From an uncultured Candidatus Saccharibacteria bacterium (GTDB taxonomy: Bacteria; Patescibacteriota; Dojkabacteria; SC72; WJKH01), in the NCBI GenBank assembly GCA_964602665.1, contig CAZRRH010000003.1:2963-66962 (forward strand): a DNA stretch of 64,000 nt, written 5' to 3'. The translations under genes and the position numbers were made by a program. How positions within the stretch are numbered: position 1 is the stretch's first letter; each line of letters starts with the position of its first letter. Shown here one piece after another: positions 47,024-56,795 of this stretch. Below the pieces are notes generated by a model. That model had not been told where the DNA came from, ran no database searches, and saw only the letters and a list, made by a program, of their open reading frames with translations.

Positions 47024-47251
47024 ATGGATAAAAAAATAAAAAAATTAAAAGGTGTTGTAGTAGGAGATAAGATGGAGAAAAGTATCAAGGTAGAGGTAAG
47101 ATCTACAATGAGACATCCAAGATATGAGAAAATTGTTTCGAGAAGAAAAATATATATGGCGCATACAGATAAAGAAATTAAATTGGGAGAGACTGTGACT
47201 ATTGTACCTTGTAGGCCTTATAGTAAAAATGTAAAATGGAGGGTTTTATAA
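47024..47251 (+). CDS. rpsQ: 30S ribosomal protein S17
   Basis: 75 aa. LKGVVVGDKMEKSIKVEV…HTDKEIKLGETVTIVPCRPYSKNVKWRV. It follows L16 directly, with only 44 nt between them and no L29 gene. Confidence 0.85.
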   Translation: MDKKIKKLKGVVVGDKMEKSIKVEVRSTMRHPRYEKIVSRRKIYMAHTDKEIKLGETVTIVPCRPYSKNVKWRVL

Positions 47252-47252
47252 T

Positions 47253-47624
47253 ATGCTTAAAAGAGGAAGTATAACAAAAGTAGCGGATAACTCAGGAGCT
47301 AAAAGTGCTAAGATTATAGGAACAATTGGTTATTCGATAAAGAAAAGCTTAGAGATAGGTGATGTTGTCGCCGTAGCAGTACAGGAAGCAATGCCAAGGA
47401 CTAGTGTCAAGAAAGGAGAAGTCGCAAAGGCTGTTATTGCAAGGACAAAACAGAAAATAAGAAGAAAAGATGGAAGCTATATTAGTTTTGATGATAACGC
47501 AGTTGTACTCATTGACCCAGAGAAAAAACTGCCAAGAGGTACAAGAATATTTGGGCCAATGCCTAGAGAGTTAAAAGAATTAGGATTTGATAAGATAATT
47601 TCTTTGGCAAGTGAAGTATTATGA
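47253..47624 (+). CDS. rplN: 50S ribosomal protein L14
   Basis: 123 aa. MLKRGSITKVADNSGAK…. Confidence 0.9.
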   Translation: MLKRGSITKVADNSGAKSAKIIGTIGYSIKKSLEIGDVVAVAVQEAMPRTSVKKGEVAKAVIARTKQKIRRKDGSYISFDDNAVVLIDPEKKLPRGTRIFGPMPRELKELGFDKIISLASEVL

Positions 47625-48085
47625 AAATAAAACTTGGAGATAAAGTAAAAGTATTGTATGGTAAAGATTCTGGTAAAACAGGTTTGGTTGTTAAATCATT
47701 GCCTAAGAAAGATCAGATAGTTGTTGAAGGAATCAATATTTATAAAAGAGCCGTAAAAGGAGATGGACAACAGAAGAAATCAGAGATTGTGCTTATAAAC
47801 AAGCCGTTAAATATTGCCAAAGTAATGTTAATCTGTCCTAACTGTGGTAAAACAACAAGAATAGCAATTGATGATAAAAGAAATAGAGTCTGTAAAAAGT
47901 GTAGCAAGGAGATAGATATTGACAAAGTTGTTAAAGAGAAAGTATCCGAAAAATCAGAAAAAGTTAAATTAGGATTTGATAAGCTAAAAGACAAGAAAGC
48001 TGTTAAGACAGCAGAAGGAGAGATAAAAAATGTTGAGACAGTAAAAGTAAATCAGCAATCATATAGACAAGTAGGAGACAAATAA
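47621..48085 (+). CDS. rplX: 50S ribosomal protein L24 with C-terminal C4 zinc-ribbon and Lys-rich extension
   Basis: 154 aa, versus the usual ~105. Canonical KOW N-terminus (MKIKLGDKVKVLYGKDSGKTGLVVK…). Then CPNCGK-x16-CKKCSK and a 60-aa K/E-rich tail. Confidence 0.85.
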   Translation: MKIKLGDKVKVLYGKDSGKTGLVVKSLPKKDQIVVEGINIYKRAVKGDGQQKKSEIVLINKPLNIAKVMLICPNCGKTTRIAIDDKRNRVCKKCSKEIDIDKVVKEKVSEKSEKVKLGFDKLKDKKAVKTAEGEIKNVETVKVNQQSYRQVGDK

Positions 48086-48087
48086 AT

Positions 48088-48648
48088 ATGGAAAACGAAA
48101 TGCCAAGATTAAAAAAGGATTACAAAGAAAAGTATGCAGCTCAACTACAAAAAGAGCTTGGTTACAAATCAAGAATGGAAGTTCCTATCCTTGATAAAAT
48201 CGTAATAAATTGTGGATTAGGAGAGGCGCTAACAAATAGTGCAGCTTTAGATGAAATGAAACAAGTTTTTGAAGCTATATCAGGACAAAAACCAGTTGTA
48301 ACAAAAGCTAAAAAAGCAAATTCTACATTTAAAATACGAAAAGGTTATGAAATCGGCATTGCAACGACACTTAGAGGTGATAGAGCATGGTATTTCTTTG
48401 ATAAGTTAATAAGTGTGGTTTTTCCTAGAATAAAGGACTTTAGAGGAGTTAATCCGGATGCATTTGATGAGGCGGGTAATTATTCAATTGGAATAAGAGA
48501 GCACACATCATTTCCTGAGATTGATTCGTCTAAATTACAGAAAATTAGAAGCTTGCAGGTAACAATAGTTATAAAATCTGACGGGAAAGAAGCAAGTAAG
48601 GCGTTTTTAGATAAATTTGGTTTTCCTTTTGCAAAAAATGTCAACTAA
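48088..48648 (+). CDS. rplE: 50S ribosomal protein L5
   Basis: 186 aa. …[24 protein letters not shown]…. Confidence 0.9.
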   Translation: MENEMPRLKKDYKEKYAAQLQKELGYKSRMEVPILDKIVINCGLGEALTNSAALDEMKQVFEAISGQKPVVTKAKKANSTFKIRKGYEIGIATTLRGDRAWYFFDKLISVVFPRIKDFRGVNPDAFDEAGNYSIGIREHTSFPEIDSSKLQKIRSLQVTIVIKSDGKEASKAFLDKFGFPFAKNVN

Positions 48649-48832
48649 TGCATTAGAATTAAAGCAGAAAAAAGGTAAGAAGGGTGGAGTATATAGCTCA
48701 AAAGTTTACAATAGATGCCATCTTTGTGGAAGAGCAAGAGGATATATGCGAGAATTTGATATGTGTAGAATTTGTTTTAGAAAATTGGCTCACGAGGGTA
48801 AAATCCCCGGAGTAATTAAATCAAGTTGGTAA
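48638..48832 (+). CDS. rpsZ: 30S ribosomal protein S14 type Z (zinc-binding)
   Basis: The ORF track opens at 48617. The ATG at 48638 gives the 64-aa [12 protein letters not shown]…[34 protein letters not shown] with a C-x2-C…C-x2-C zinc motif. Confidence 0.85.
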   Translation: MSTNALELKQKKGKKGGVYSSKVYNRCHLCGRARGYMREFDMCRICFRKLAHEGKIPGVIKSSW

Positions 48833-48836
48833 AAAT

Positions 48837-49217
48837 ATGAACTATTTAGTAGGAGATGCACTAATAAGAATAAAGAATGCTGTATTGGCAAAGAAAAAAG
48901 ACACAGAATTGCCAAAGAGCAACATGGTAGAAGGCGTTGTAAAGGTTTTGAAAAAGGATGGCAAAATATATGATTATGAGGTTAAAGACGATTGTATCGA
49001 AGTAAAACTTTTAATAGATGAAAAAGGTAGGAGTGAAATTGAGGATGTAATTATAATGAGTAAGCCGGGTCAAAGGAAATATGTTGGTTATAATAATTTG
49101 TGGCCTGTTAATAGCGGTCGCGGAACTGGTGTAATAAGCACATCTAAAGGATTTATGACAACAGCAGAGGCTAAGAAATTAAAGATCGGCGGTGAATATA
49201 TTTGTAAAATACTATAA
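48837..49217 (+). CDS. rpsH: 30S ribosomal protein S8
   Basis: 126 aa. MNYLVGDALIRIKNA…. Confidence 0.9.
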   Translation: MNYLVGDALIRIKNAVLAKKKDTELPKSNMVEGVVKVLKKDGKIYDYEVKDDCIEVKLLIDEKGRSEIEDVIIMSKPGQRKYVGYNNLWPVNSGRGTGVISTSKGFMTTAEAKKLKIGGEYICKIL

Positions 49218-49221
49218 AATC

Positions 49222-49785
49222 ATGTCAAGAATAGGATTAAAACCAGTAAAAATTATAGAAGGGGTAGAAGTAAAAGTCGAAGGAAAAGAGGTCCTTTTTA
49301 AGGGCGCTTTGGGTGAGAACAAAGTCATTCTTCCAAAAAAAATTAATGCTGTCATAAAAAAAGAGATTGTAGATGGAGAAGAAGTTGATTGTTGCTTAAT
49401 TAGCAGAGAAGACGAGCAGAAGCAGACAAAATCTGTACACGGTACAATGAGGTCAATTGTTAATAACGCAATGAATGGGGTCAAATCCGGTTACGAGCGT
49501 AAATTAGAAATTGTTGGTGTGGGTTATAGAGGTAAAATCGAGGGAAATCAGATAGCACTTTCTATTGGATATACTGTTCCTGTAAAAATTGCTATCCCTG
49601 AATATCTAAAAGTTACAATGCCGGATGAATTAACAATTGAAATAAAAGGAGTTGATAAACAATTAGTAAATCAGTACGCAGCAAAAGTCAGATCTCTTAG
49701 AAAGCCAGAGCCTTACAAAGGTAAAGGTATTAAGTACTCTGATGAGATTGTAAGAAGAAAAAGTGCTAAAACAGCAGCAGCTTAA
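49222..49785 (+). CDS. rplF: 50S ribosomal protein L6
   Basis: The ORF track opens at 49192. The ATG at 49222 (MSRIGLKPVKI…), just after the rpsH stop, is the likely start. Confidence 0.85.
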   Translation: MSRIGLKPVKIIEGVEVKVEGKEVLFKGALGENKVILPKKINAVIKKEIVDGEEVDCCLISREDEQKQTKSVHGTMRSIVNNAMNGVKSGYERKLEIVGVGYRGKIEGNQIALSIGYTVPVKIAIPEYLKVTMPDELTIEIKGVDKQLVNQYAAKVRSLRKPEPYKGKGIKYSDEIVRRKSAKTAAA

Positions 49786-49804
49786 ATGATTATATAAAAA
49801 CAAG

Positions 49805-50119
49805 ATGAAAAGTAGAGAAACACAAAGAAAAAAGCGAAAGCTTCACATAAGAAAAAAAGTATTTGGAACACAGGCTAAGCCACGTATATTTGTCAAGAAA
49901 ACAAACAGATATATCTATGCTTGCATAGCAAATGATGAAAAAGGTATTGTACTAAAATCTTTTAGATCGGTTAAAGGGCTTAAAGGAGCTAACGAAGCCG
50001 GATCAAAGCTTAGCACTTGGATGAAAGATAACAAAATAAAGCAGTATGTATTTGATAGAAGCGGCTACAAATTCTGTGGCATGCTTAAAGAGATTGTTAA
50101 TGAGATAGATAAGAAATAA
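49805..50119 (+). CDS. rplR: 50S ribosomal protein L18
   Basis: 104 aa. …PRIFVKKTNRYIYACIANDEKG…. Confidence 0.85.
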   Translation: MKSRETQRKKRKLHIRKKVFGTQAKPRIFVKKTNRYIYACIANDEKGIVLKSFRSVKGLKGANEAGSKLSTWMKDNKIKQYVFDRSGYKFCGMLKEIVNEIDKK

Positions 50120-50136
50120 AATTATAGGAGTAAAAT

Positions 50137-50787
50137 ATGTACAAAGGGAGAGAGGAAAGAAAATATGATAGCAGGATGATAAGTCACAGAAGAGTGGCAA
50201 AAGTCACTGCAGGAGCAAAAAGGCTTAGATTTAGCGCACTTGTTGTCGCTGGCGATAGAAAAGGTAAAGTTGGACTTGGACTTGGAAGAGGTGCCGATGT
50301 AAGGCAAGCAGTTGAAAAAGGAGCAAAAAAAGCTGAAAGAGTTATGACACAGATTGAAGTTATTGGAGATACAGTACCACATGAATGTACAAAGAAGTAT
50401 AAGTCAGCAAAATTAGTCGTTAAACCTGCAAAACCTGGTACAGGCGTAATATGTGCGACCTCTATTCGATCAATAATCGAGCTTACAGGAATTGAGAATG
50501 TTTATGTGAAACAGCTTGGTTCTAATGATCCAATCGCAAATTCATACTGTCTTATGAGTATTCTTAAAAGTATGAAATCAGAAAGAGTATTGGCAAGAAG
50601 TCAGAAGATGCAAGGAAGGATAGAAGTTAAGAAAGAACTTGAAAAAGAAAGAAAAAAACGAGAAATGCTTGTTAAAAAATCAAAGCCAAAATTCGAAAAA
50701 AGAGGGCAAAATCAGAATAGAAGAAATTTTCAGACTACAACAAAGCCTGTTCCTAAAACAGAAAAAGTAGAAGGTGATAAAAAATAA
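50137..50787 (+). CDS. rpsE: 30S ribosomal protein S5 with ~50-aa Lys/Glu-rich C-terminal extension
   Basis: 216 aa. The S5 core (…VAKVTAGAKRLRFSALVVAGDRKGKVGLGLGRGADV…), then KKELEKERKKREMLVKKSKPKFEKRGQNQNRRN…. Confidence 0.85.
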   Translation: MYKGREERKYDSRMISHRRVAKVTAGAKRLRFSALVVAGDRKGKVGLGLGRGADVRQAVEKGAKKAERVMTQIEVIGDTVPHECTKKYKSAKLVVKPAKPGTGVICATSIRSIIELTGIENVYVKQLGSNDPIANSYCLMSILKSMKSERVLARSQKMQGRIEVKKELEKERKKREMLVKKSKPKFEKRGQNQNRRNFQTTTKPVPKTEKVEGDKK

Positions 50788-50806
50788 ATTTTAAGATACT
50801 AATGAG

Positions 50807-51253
50807 GTGGAGTTAAATAAAATTGCAAGAAGAAAAAACAGGACAAATAAATCTAAAAGACTCGGAAGAGGATACGGATCTGGTGTAGGTGGTCATACAG
50901 TTGGTCGTGGTCAGAAAGGACAGCTCTCAAGATCTGGTCATAAATCAATGCTTGCATTTGAAGGAGGAAATACACCAATTTATCGAAGAGCTCCTAAATT
51001 TAGAGGATTTAGAAACATTAATCGCAAGAAATATTTTGCTGTCAACATCGGGAGTCTAGAGAGCAAATTTAAATCAGGCGATATAATAACTATTGATTTG
51101 CTCAAAAAATCAATGCTTGTAAAAGAAGGAACAACACTTGTTAAAATACTTGGCTTTGGAGAAGTTAAGAAAAAGCTTATAATAAGTGGTCTTCATGTGT
51201 CAAAAGAAGCAGAGAGGAAAATAATTGAAGCTGGCGGAAAGGTAAATCAGTAG
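50807..51253 (+). CDS. rplO: 50S ribosomal protein L15
   Basis: 148 aa. …RLGRGYGSGVGGHTVGRGQKGQLSRSG…. It follows S5 directly with no L30 gene between them. Confidence 0.9.
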   Translation: MELNKIARRKNRTNKSKRLGRGYGSGVGGHTVGRGQKGQLSRSGHKSMLAFEGGNTPIYRRAPKFRGFRNINRKKYFAVNIGSLESKFKSGDIITIDLLKKSMLVKEGTTLVKILGFGEVKKKLIISGLHVSKEAERKIIEAGGKVNQ

Positions 51254-51258
51254 CTTTT

Positions 51259-52563
51259 ATGAGAAAGAAATTCATAGGTAAAAACATAGAAAAATTAAAA
51301 CAGCTTTTTTATTCAAAAGAAATTAGAAGCAAGCTGTTATATATATTCTTCGTTTTATTAGTTCTTAGAGTACTTAGTTCCATCCCTGTAGTTGGCATAA
51401 AAGCTGATGATATAAAAGCACTTTTTGCGGGAAGTAGTTTTACAGAAGTCTTAGCAATGGGTACTGGAGCTGTTTTAGAGCAGGCATCTGTACTTGCAAT
51501 AGGCCTTGCTCCTTATATTAATGCGTCTATATTTATGCAGCTTATGTCGACGATTATTCCTAAGCTTAAGCAATTAAGAGAAGAGGGAATGGAGGGGAGA
51601 AGAAAAATCAGCATGTATACAAGGTATATAACAATTCCATTGGCAATATTACAATCTTTTGTGGTTTATTCTGCTTTGAGACAAGGGATAACCAGCACTG
51701 TTGCAGTAGAGGGATTATCAACACTTGAATTTATTACCATGATATCTGTGCTTACAGCAGGCGCGACTTTGATGATGTGGCTTGGTGAGCTAATATCTGA
51801 ATCAGGAATTGGTGGAGGTACGACAGTTTTAATATTCTTTGGAATTATCTCAAATGTCCCTTACTTATTATCTCAAGATATAATGTTAAAAGATGAAATA
51901 GAGATTTTAATAACATTTTTAATATATTTTGCGATCTTTGCTGTAGCAATATTTATAAATGAAGCAGTAAAAAAAATCCCTGTTCTGTATTCTAGAAGAG
52001 TAAGAACAGATTCTTTGGCACCTGAAAACAGTAGCTATATCCCATTGAAATTCACACAATTTGGCGTCATGCCTGTAATATTTGCGACATCATTGTTTTA
52101 TTTTCCTCAAATAATTGCTAAATTTATTCTTACTCGTGACGGCAGTTCCGATAAATGGATTTCTTTCGCGAATAAAGTACTTGAGCTTACAAATGATTTT
52201 TGGTTTCAAAACATAGGTGTTGCTTTATTGGTTATAATATTTGCATTCTTTTATATTACAATAATATTTGATGTAAATGAGCAGGCAGATAACCTTCAAA
52301 AGCAAGGAGCCTTTATTAAAGGTGTACGACCGGGCAAAGAAACCGCCTCATACTTACAAAAGATACTGTTTAAGCTTACGGCTGTTGGAGCTGTTTTTCT
52401 TGCTGTTTTCTCAGTCTTGCCCAATATCCTAATAGAAATCGGATTATTAAATGTTGCTATAATATCAGGTACTGGATTGTTTATTGTGATAAGTGCTGTG
52501 ATGGATATTAAAAGAGAAGTTGAATCAATGGCAATAGTTAGAAGCTACGATAAATATCTATGA
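51259..52563 (+). CDS. secY: preprotein translocase subunit SecY
   Basis: 434 aa, 10 TM. …GIKADDIKALFAGSSFTEVLAMGTGAV…. Confidence 0.9.
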   Translation: MRKKFIGKNIEKLKQLFYSKEIRSKLLYIFFVLLVLRVLSSIPVVGIKADDIKALFAGSSFTEVLAMGTGAVLEQASVLAIGLAPYINASIFMQLMSTIIPKLKQLREEGMEGRRKISMYTRYITIPLAILQSFVVYSALRQGITSTVAVEGLSTLEFITMISVLTAGATLMMWLGELISESGIGGGTTVLIFFGIISNVPYLLSQDIMLKDEIEILITFLIYFAIFAVAIFINEAVKKIPVLYSRRVRTDSLAPENSSYIPLKFTQFGVMPVIFATSLFYFPQIIAKFILTRDGSSDKWISFANKVLELTNDFWFQNIGVALLVIIFAFFYITIIFDVNEQADNLQKQGAFIKGVRPGKETASYLQKILFKLTAVGAVFLAVFSVLPNILIEIGLLNVAIISGTGLFIVISAVMDIKREVESMAIVRSYDKYL

Positions 52564-53201
52564 GAACATACCTTTTCCATGGCCCTTCTGGATGTGGCAA
52601 AGATACACAGGTTGCTAGGCTTAAAGGATTTGAGATTATTGGGACAGGCGATATGTTTCGAAGGATGTATGAGGATGGTGATCAGGATGGTATAGAGGCA
52701 CATAAGTATTGGAGCGTTGGTAAACTTGTGCCTGATGAGTTAGTTTATAAAATGCTTGGTAGGTGGCTAGAATCTTTTGATAAGAATAAAGATTGGGCAT
52801 TTGTTTCGGTCGTGAGGGCGTATAATCAGATTGAGCTGTTTGAAAAAATGCTTGCAGAGAAGGGCAGAAAGCTTGATGCGTTTATACATTTCGAATTATC
52901 CGAAGAAGTTGCAATAGAGAGAATGTCAAACAGGCTTTTTTGCAAGAAATGTGGAGCTACATACCATACAATACATAAACCACCAATAAAAGAAGGCTTG
53001 TGTGATAATGACGGAGAAACTTTGATTAGAAGAGAAGATGATCAGCCAGAGAAGATAAAAAACCGCCTAGAAGAGTATAAAAAGGAGATAGAAAGTATAA
53101 AAAAGTATTATAAAGATAATAATTTGCTTGTTGAAATAGATGCGAATCGCAGCATTGATGAGATAGCAAAAGATTTAGTAGCATATATAGTTGCAAAATA
53201 A
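52560..53201 (+). CDS. adk: adenylate kinase with zinc-binding LID (Cys3-Asp)
   Basis: 213 aa. P-loop GPSGCGKDTQ. LID CKKCGATYH…CDNDG. Confidence 0.85.
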   Translation: MRTYLFHGPSGCGKDTQVARLKGFEIIGTGDMFRRMYEDGDQDGIEAHKYWSVGKLVPDELVYKMLGRWLESFDKNKDWAFVSVVRAYNQIELFEKMLAEKGRKLDAFIHFELSEEVAIERMSNRLFCKKCGATYHTIHKPPIKEGLCDNDGETLIRREDDQPEKIKNRLEEYKKEIESIKKYYKDNNLLVEIDANRSIDEIAKDLVAYIVAK

Positions 53202-53223
53202 TGTAAAATCTGATAAAATACAT

Positions 53224-53445
53224 ATGAACGAATTAATAGTATTAGAAGGAGTAGTTAAAGAGTGTTTACCAGGAGGTAAATTTACTGTTACAGTAGATTT
53301 CAACGGCATTAAAAAAGATGTCGAGGGTTACCTCTCTGGAAAGATGCGTGTACATTACATCCGACTAATCGAAGGAGATAAGGTAAAAGTTGAAATATCT
53401 GGCTACGATACAACTCGGGCTAGGATAGTTTATAGATTAAAGTGA
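53224..53445 (+). CDS. infA: translation initiation factor IF-1
   Basis: The ORF track opens at 53191. The ATG at 53224 gives [22 protein letters not shown]…[32 protein letters not shown], a 73-aa S1-like OB fold. Confidence 0.85.
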   Translation: MNELIVLEGVVKECLPGGKFTVTVDFNGIKKDVEGYLSGKMRVHYIRLIEGDKVKVEISGYDTTRARIVYRLK

Positions 53446-53447
53446 TT

Positions 53448-53564
53448 ATGAAAGTAAAAGCATCAGTAAAAAAAATATGTGCTGACTGTTATACGGTAAG
53501 AAGGAAAGGTCGCATTTATGTTTATTGTAAAAAGAATCCCTCTCATAAACAGAGACAGGGATAG
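53448..53564 (+). CDS. rpmJ: 50S ribosomal protein L36 (not in the ORF track, below the size cutoff)
   Basis: Translation from the ATG at 53448 gives [38 protein letters not shown]. This is a textbook L36 with a C-x2-C…C…H zinc ribbon. Confidence 0.85.
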   Translation: MKVKASVKKICADCYTVRRKGRIYVYCKKNPSHKQRQG

Positions 53565-53586
53565 TTTAATTTATTGAGTAAAGAAA

Positions 53587-53970
53587 ATGGCTAGAATAGC
53601 GGGTAAAGATATACCAGACAATAAGAAGATAAAAGTATCTCTTAGATATGTATTTGGGATAGGAGAAACAAAAGCTAATGAGATTTTAAAAACGCTAAAA
53701 ATTGATGGAGAAATACTAACAAAAAATCTCACAGAAGATCAACTTAACAAAATTCGAAACTTTGTAGAAAGTGAGATGACTGTAGAAGGAGAACTCAAAC
53801 AAACAGTAAAAAGAAACATCAAACGTCTTGTAGATATAAGAAGTTATAGAGGTTTAAGGCATAAACTTGGACTTCCCGTAAGAGGGCAAAGAACAAGACA
53901 TAACGCTCATACAAGAAAGGGTAGAGCTCAGCCTGTTGGAGGATTAAAACGAGTACTTACTAAGACATAA
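53587..53970 (+). CDS. rpsM: 30S ribosomal protein S13
   Basis: 127 aa. MARIAGKDIPDNKKIKVSLRYVFGIG…. Confidence 0.9.
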   Translation: MARIAGKDIPDNKKIKVSLRYVFGIGETKANEILKTLKIDGEILTKNLTEDQLNKIRNFVESEMTVEGELKQTVKRNIKRLVDIRSYRGLRHKLGLPVRGQRTRHNAHTRKGRAQPVGGLKRVLTKT

Positions 53971-53991
53971 AATTTTTAAACTACTTTAGAA

Positions 53992-54366
53992 GTGAAAAAG
54001 AAAATTAAACGAAAAAATATAGAAAAAGGGTGTGCAACAGTTCTTGCAACATTTAATAACACAATAGTAACAATTACCGACGAAAACGGAGATACTTTAG
54101 TACAGAAATCTCCAGCTAACGCAGGATTTAAAGGTTCGAAGAAAAGCACTGCTTATGCTGCAACAAAAGCAGGAATATTAGCTGCAGAAGTCGCCACAAA
54201 AAAGTACTCGATGAAAGAAATTTCTGTAAGTATCAAAGGCGCAGGAGCAGGAAGAGCGGGAGCTGTAAAGGGGCTTGATAGTGGTGGACTTAGAGTAAGC
54301 TTACTTAAAGATGTTACTTCTATACCGCACAATGGTTGTAGACCAAGAAAAAGACCTAGAAAATAA
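53992..54366 (+). CDS. rpsK: 30S ribosomal protein S11
   Basis: 124 aa. …ATVLATFNNTIVTITDENGDTL…. Confidence 0.9.
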   Translation: MKKKIKRKNIEKGCATVLATFNNTIVTITDENGDTLVQKSPANAGFKGSKKSTAYAATKAGILAAEVATKKYSMKEISVSIKGAGAGRAGAVKGLDSGGLRVSLLKDVTSIPHNGCRPRKRPRK

Positions 54367-54383
54367 TATAATATTATAAGAAT

Positions 54384-54995
54384 ATGGGAAGATATACGGG
54401 ACCAAAAGAAAGATTATCAAGAAGAGAAGGCGTTGAGCTATATCTAAAAGGCGCAAGATCTTTTTCTGAGAAAGCGGGGATCAAAAGAAGACAGTTTTTT
54501 CCTGGTCAGCACGGCAATAAAGGAGCTGTTAGATTATCAGAATACGGCGTGCGACTTAGAGAGAAGCAAAAGGTCAAAAGAATTTATGGTATTAGAGAGA
54601 AACAATTTAGAAAAGTATTTGAAGAAGCCATTAGGAAAGCTGGGTTGAAAAAAAGCGACAAAGGAGTTGAACTTTTGGTACTATTAGAGACAAGATTGGA
54701 CAATGTCGTTTATGTGGGCGGATTAGCATCCTCAAGATCACAAGCAAGGCAATATATTACTCACAAACATGTAAAGGTTAACGGCAAAGTAATAAATGTC
54801 CCATCTGTAACGGTTAACGAGGGCGACATAATTGAGATGGTCAAAGAAAAATTAGTTCCAGAGAAAGAACTTTTCAAAGCGCCTCTTTGGGTTGAGAAAA
54901 ATGCTAAAAAAATAAAGGTGTCTAGCATGCCAACAAGAGACATGATTGATCCAGGAATACGAGAGAATTTAATAATTGAGTTCTATTCAAGATAA
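54384..54995 (+). CDS. rpsD: 30S ribosomal protein S4
   Basis: 203 aa. MGRYTGPKERLSRREG…, with an S4 RNA-binding domain. Confidence 0.9.
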   Translation: MGRYTGPKERLSRREGVELYLKGARSFSEKAGIKRRQFFPGQHGNKGAVRLSEYGVRLREKQKVKRIYGIREKQFRKVFEEAIRKAGLKKSDKGVELLVLLETRLDNVVYVGGLASSRSQARQYITHKHVKVNGKVINVPSVTVNEGDIIEMVKEKLVPEKELFKAPLWVEKNAKKIKVSSMPTRDMIDPGIRENLIIEFYSR

Positions 54996-55012
54996 ATTTA
55001 TAATAAAAAGAT

Positions 55013-55978
55013 ATGTTAGATTTTAGTGATATTAAAGTCGTTTTAAAAGAGGAGAATAAAAATAAGGGAATCTATGAAATTGCTCCTATTGTAAAAGGAT
55101 ATGGAAATACTCTTGTTAATCCACTTAGAAGGATCCTTTTATCAAGCATAGAGGGTGTTGGCATAACAAGCGTAAAAATAGAGGGTGTTGATCATGAATA
55201 CACAACTATTGAGGGAATTAAAGAGGATGTTGTTGAGATTATTTTAAACTTAAAAAATATCAAATTTAAAATGCTCTCAGGTGAAACACAGGTTCTTAAA
55301 TTAAGCTTCTCGGGTAAGGGTACTATAAAAGCATCTGATATAAAACTTAATCAAAACATTGAAATAGTAGATGAATCCGTTGTGATAGCAAATAGTTCAT
55401 CTGATAAGCTTAAATTAGAAATGGAAATTGTAGTTGAAAAAGGAATAGGATATAGAGATGCTGACGAGGGACTCCGAAATGAAGTTGGGAGAATTCCTGT
55501 TGCATGTGATTTTAGTCCTGTTAAACTTGTTAACATGGAGGTTGGCAAAGCTAGAAAGGGCCAAGACATGCATTGGGATAGCATTCTTGTGACAATTGAG
55601 ACAGACGGTTCTGTAGAGCCAAGAGAGACACTAATTCAGAGTGCTAAGATTTTACAGCATTTCTCAGGCAAAGTTATGATGGCACTAGGCATAGCACAGG
55701 AGGAGGTAAAAGAGCTTGAGGAAGAGAGTATTAAAGTGCCCGAAGATACAAACAAAGCTGATGAGACAGAAGTAATGGGATGGAATATTGAGGATTTAGA
55801 AGTTTCTAAAAGAACAAAAACAGCTCTTCTTAACGCAGGATATGCAAATATACGAGATTTGGCATCTTTGACACAGGATGAGCTTAAAAGCATAAGAGGA
55901 CTTGGTACAAAATCGTATGGTGAAATATCAGAAATTTTGGTAAGTTACGGGGTTAATTTAGCAAAAGAAACAATATAG
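55013..55978 (+). CDS. rpoA: DNA-directed RNA polymerase subunit alpha
   Basis: 321 aa. …GYGNTLVNPLRRILLSSIEGVGITSVKIEGVDHEYTTIEG…, with a C-terminal HhH domain. Confidence 0.9.
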   Translation: MLDFSDIKVVLKEENKNKGIYEIAPIVKGYGNTLVNPLRRILLSSIEGVGITSVKIEGVDHEYTTIEGIKEDVVEIILNLKNIKFKMLSGETQVLKLSFSGKGTIKASDIKLNQNIEIVDESVVIANSSSDKLKLEMEIVVEKGIGYRDADEGLRNEVGRIPVACDFSPVKLVNMEVGKARKGQDMHWDSILVTIETDGSVEPRETLIQSAKILQHFSGKVMMALGIAQEEVKELEEESIKVPEDTNKADETEVMGWNIEDLEVSKRTKTALLNAGYANIRDLASLTQDELKSIRGLGTKSYGEISEILVSYGVNLAKETI

Positions 55979-55982
55979 AGAT

Positions 55983-56378
55983 ATGAAAAAGAGAGTGCAG
56001 AAGAAAAAAATGGGTGTAAAAGCTAGTCATAGGAAATCACTTAAAAGGAATTTGTTAACTTCACTTATTGAGAATGGCAAAGTTACCACAACAACGGTAA
56101 AAGCAAAAGTATTAAAAGAAGAAGCACAAAATTTTCTTGCTAATTTAAAAAAGCATGAAGGAGTTACTTTGGTAAGAAGTCTTAAAAAGATACTCACAAC
56201 GGTAAAAGCCTCTAAGATAGCTAACAAATTAAGGGAAGTTGATGATTTAAAGGTAACTGTTGTTAAAGAAGGTTTCCGAAAAGGAGATAATGCAGAGGTT
56301 AGTACGGTATCAATTTCTAATTATGATAAAATAAAGGGCAAAAAAAATGAAAAACAAAAAGACAAGTTGGATAAATAA
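55983..56378 (+). CDS. rplQ: 50S ribosomal protein L17 (Lys-rich C-terminal tail)
   Basis: 131 aa. …KASHRKSLKRNLLTSLIENGKVTTT…. Confidence 0.85.
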   Translation: MKKRVQKKKMGVKASHRKSLKRNLLTSLIENGKVTTTTVKAKVLKEEAQNFLANLKKHEGVTLVRSLKKILTTVKASKIANKLREVDDLKVTVVKEGFRKGDNAEVSTVSISNYDKIKGKKNEKQKDKLDK

Positions 56379-56784
56379 AACCGATATTAAAAGAGATTGG
56401 TATGTACTTGACGCCAAAAATCAAATTCTTGGCAGATTTGCAGTACAGGTGGCAAAATTGCTTATCGGTAAACACAAAACTAACTATGTCCCTAATATGA
56501 GCTGTGGAGATAATGTAATCGTGATAAATAGTGCTGATATAAAGCTAACACGAGGCAAAGAGGAGAGTAAAATATATTACAGACATTCAGGATTTATGGG
56601 GAACCTTAAGCAATTTTCATTTAAACAGATGATGGCTAAGAACCCTAATAGAGTTATTGAACTTGCCGTGAAAAGGATGCTTCCAGTTAATAAACTTACG
56701 GATGAAATGATGGCTAGATTACATGTATATGCTGATGCTAATCACAAACACGAAGCACAAAAACCAATTGAATATAAATTATAA
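56347..56784 (+). CDS. rplM: 50S ribosomal protein L13
   Basis: 145 aa. …IKRDWYVLDAKNQILGRFA…. The start overlaps the rplQ 3' end by ~32 nt. Confidence 0.85.
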   Translation: MKNKKTSWINKTDIKRDWYVLDAKNQILGRFAVQVAKLLIGKHKTNYVPNMSCGDNVIVINSADIKLTRGKEESKIYYRHSGFMGNLKQFSFKQMMAKNPNRVIELAVKRMLPVNKLTDEMMARLHVYADANHKHEAQKPIEYKL

Positions 56785-56795
56785 TTTTAAATGAA

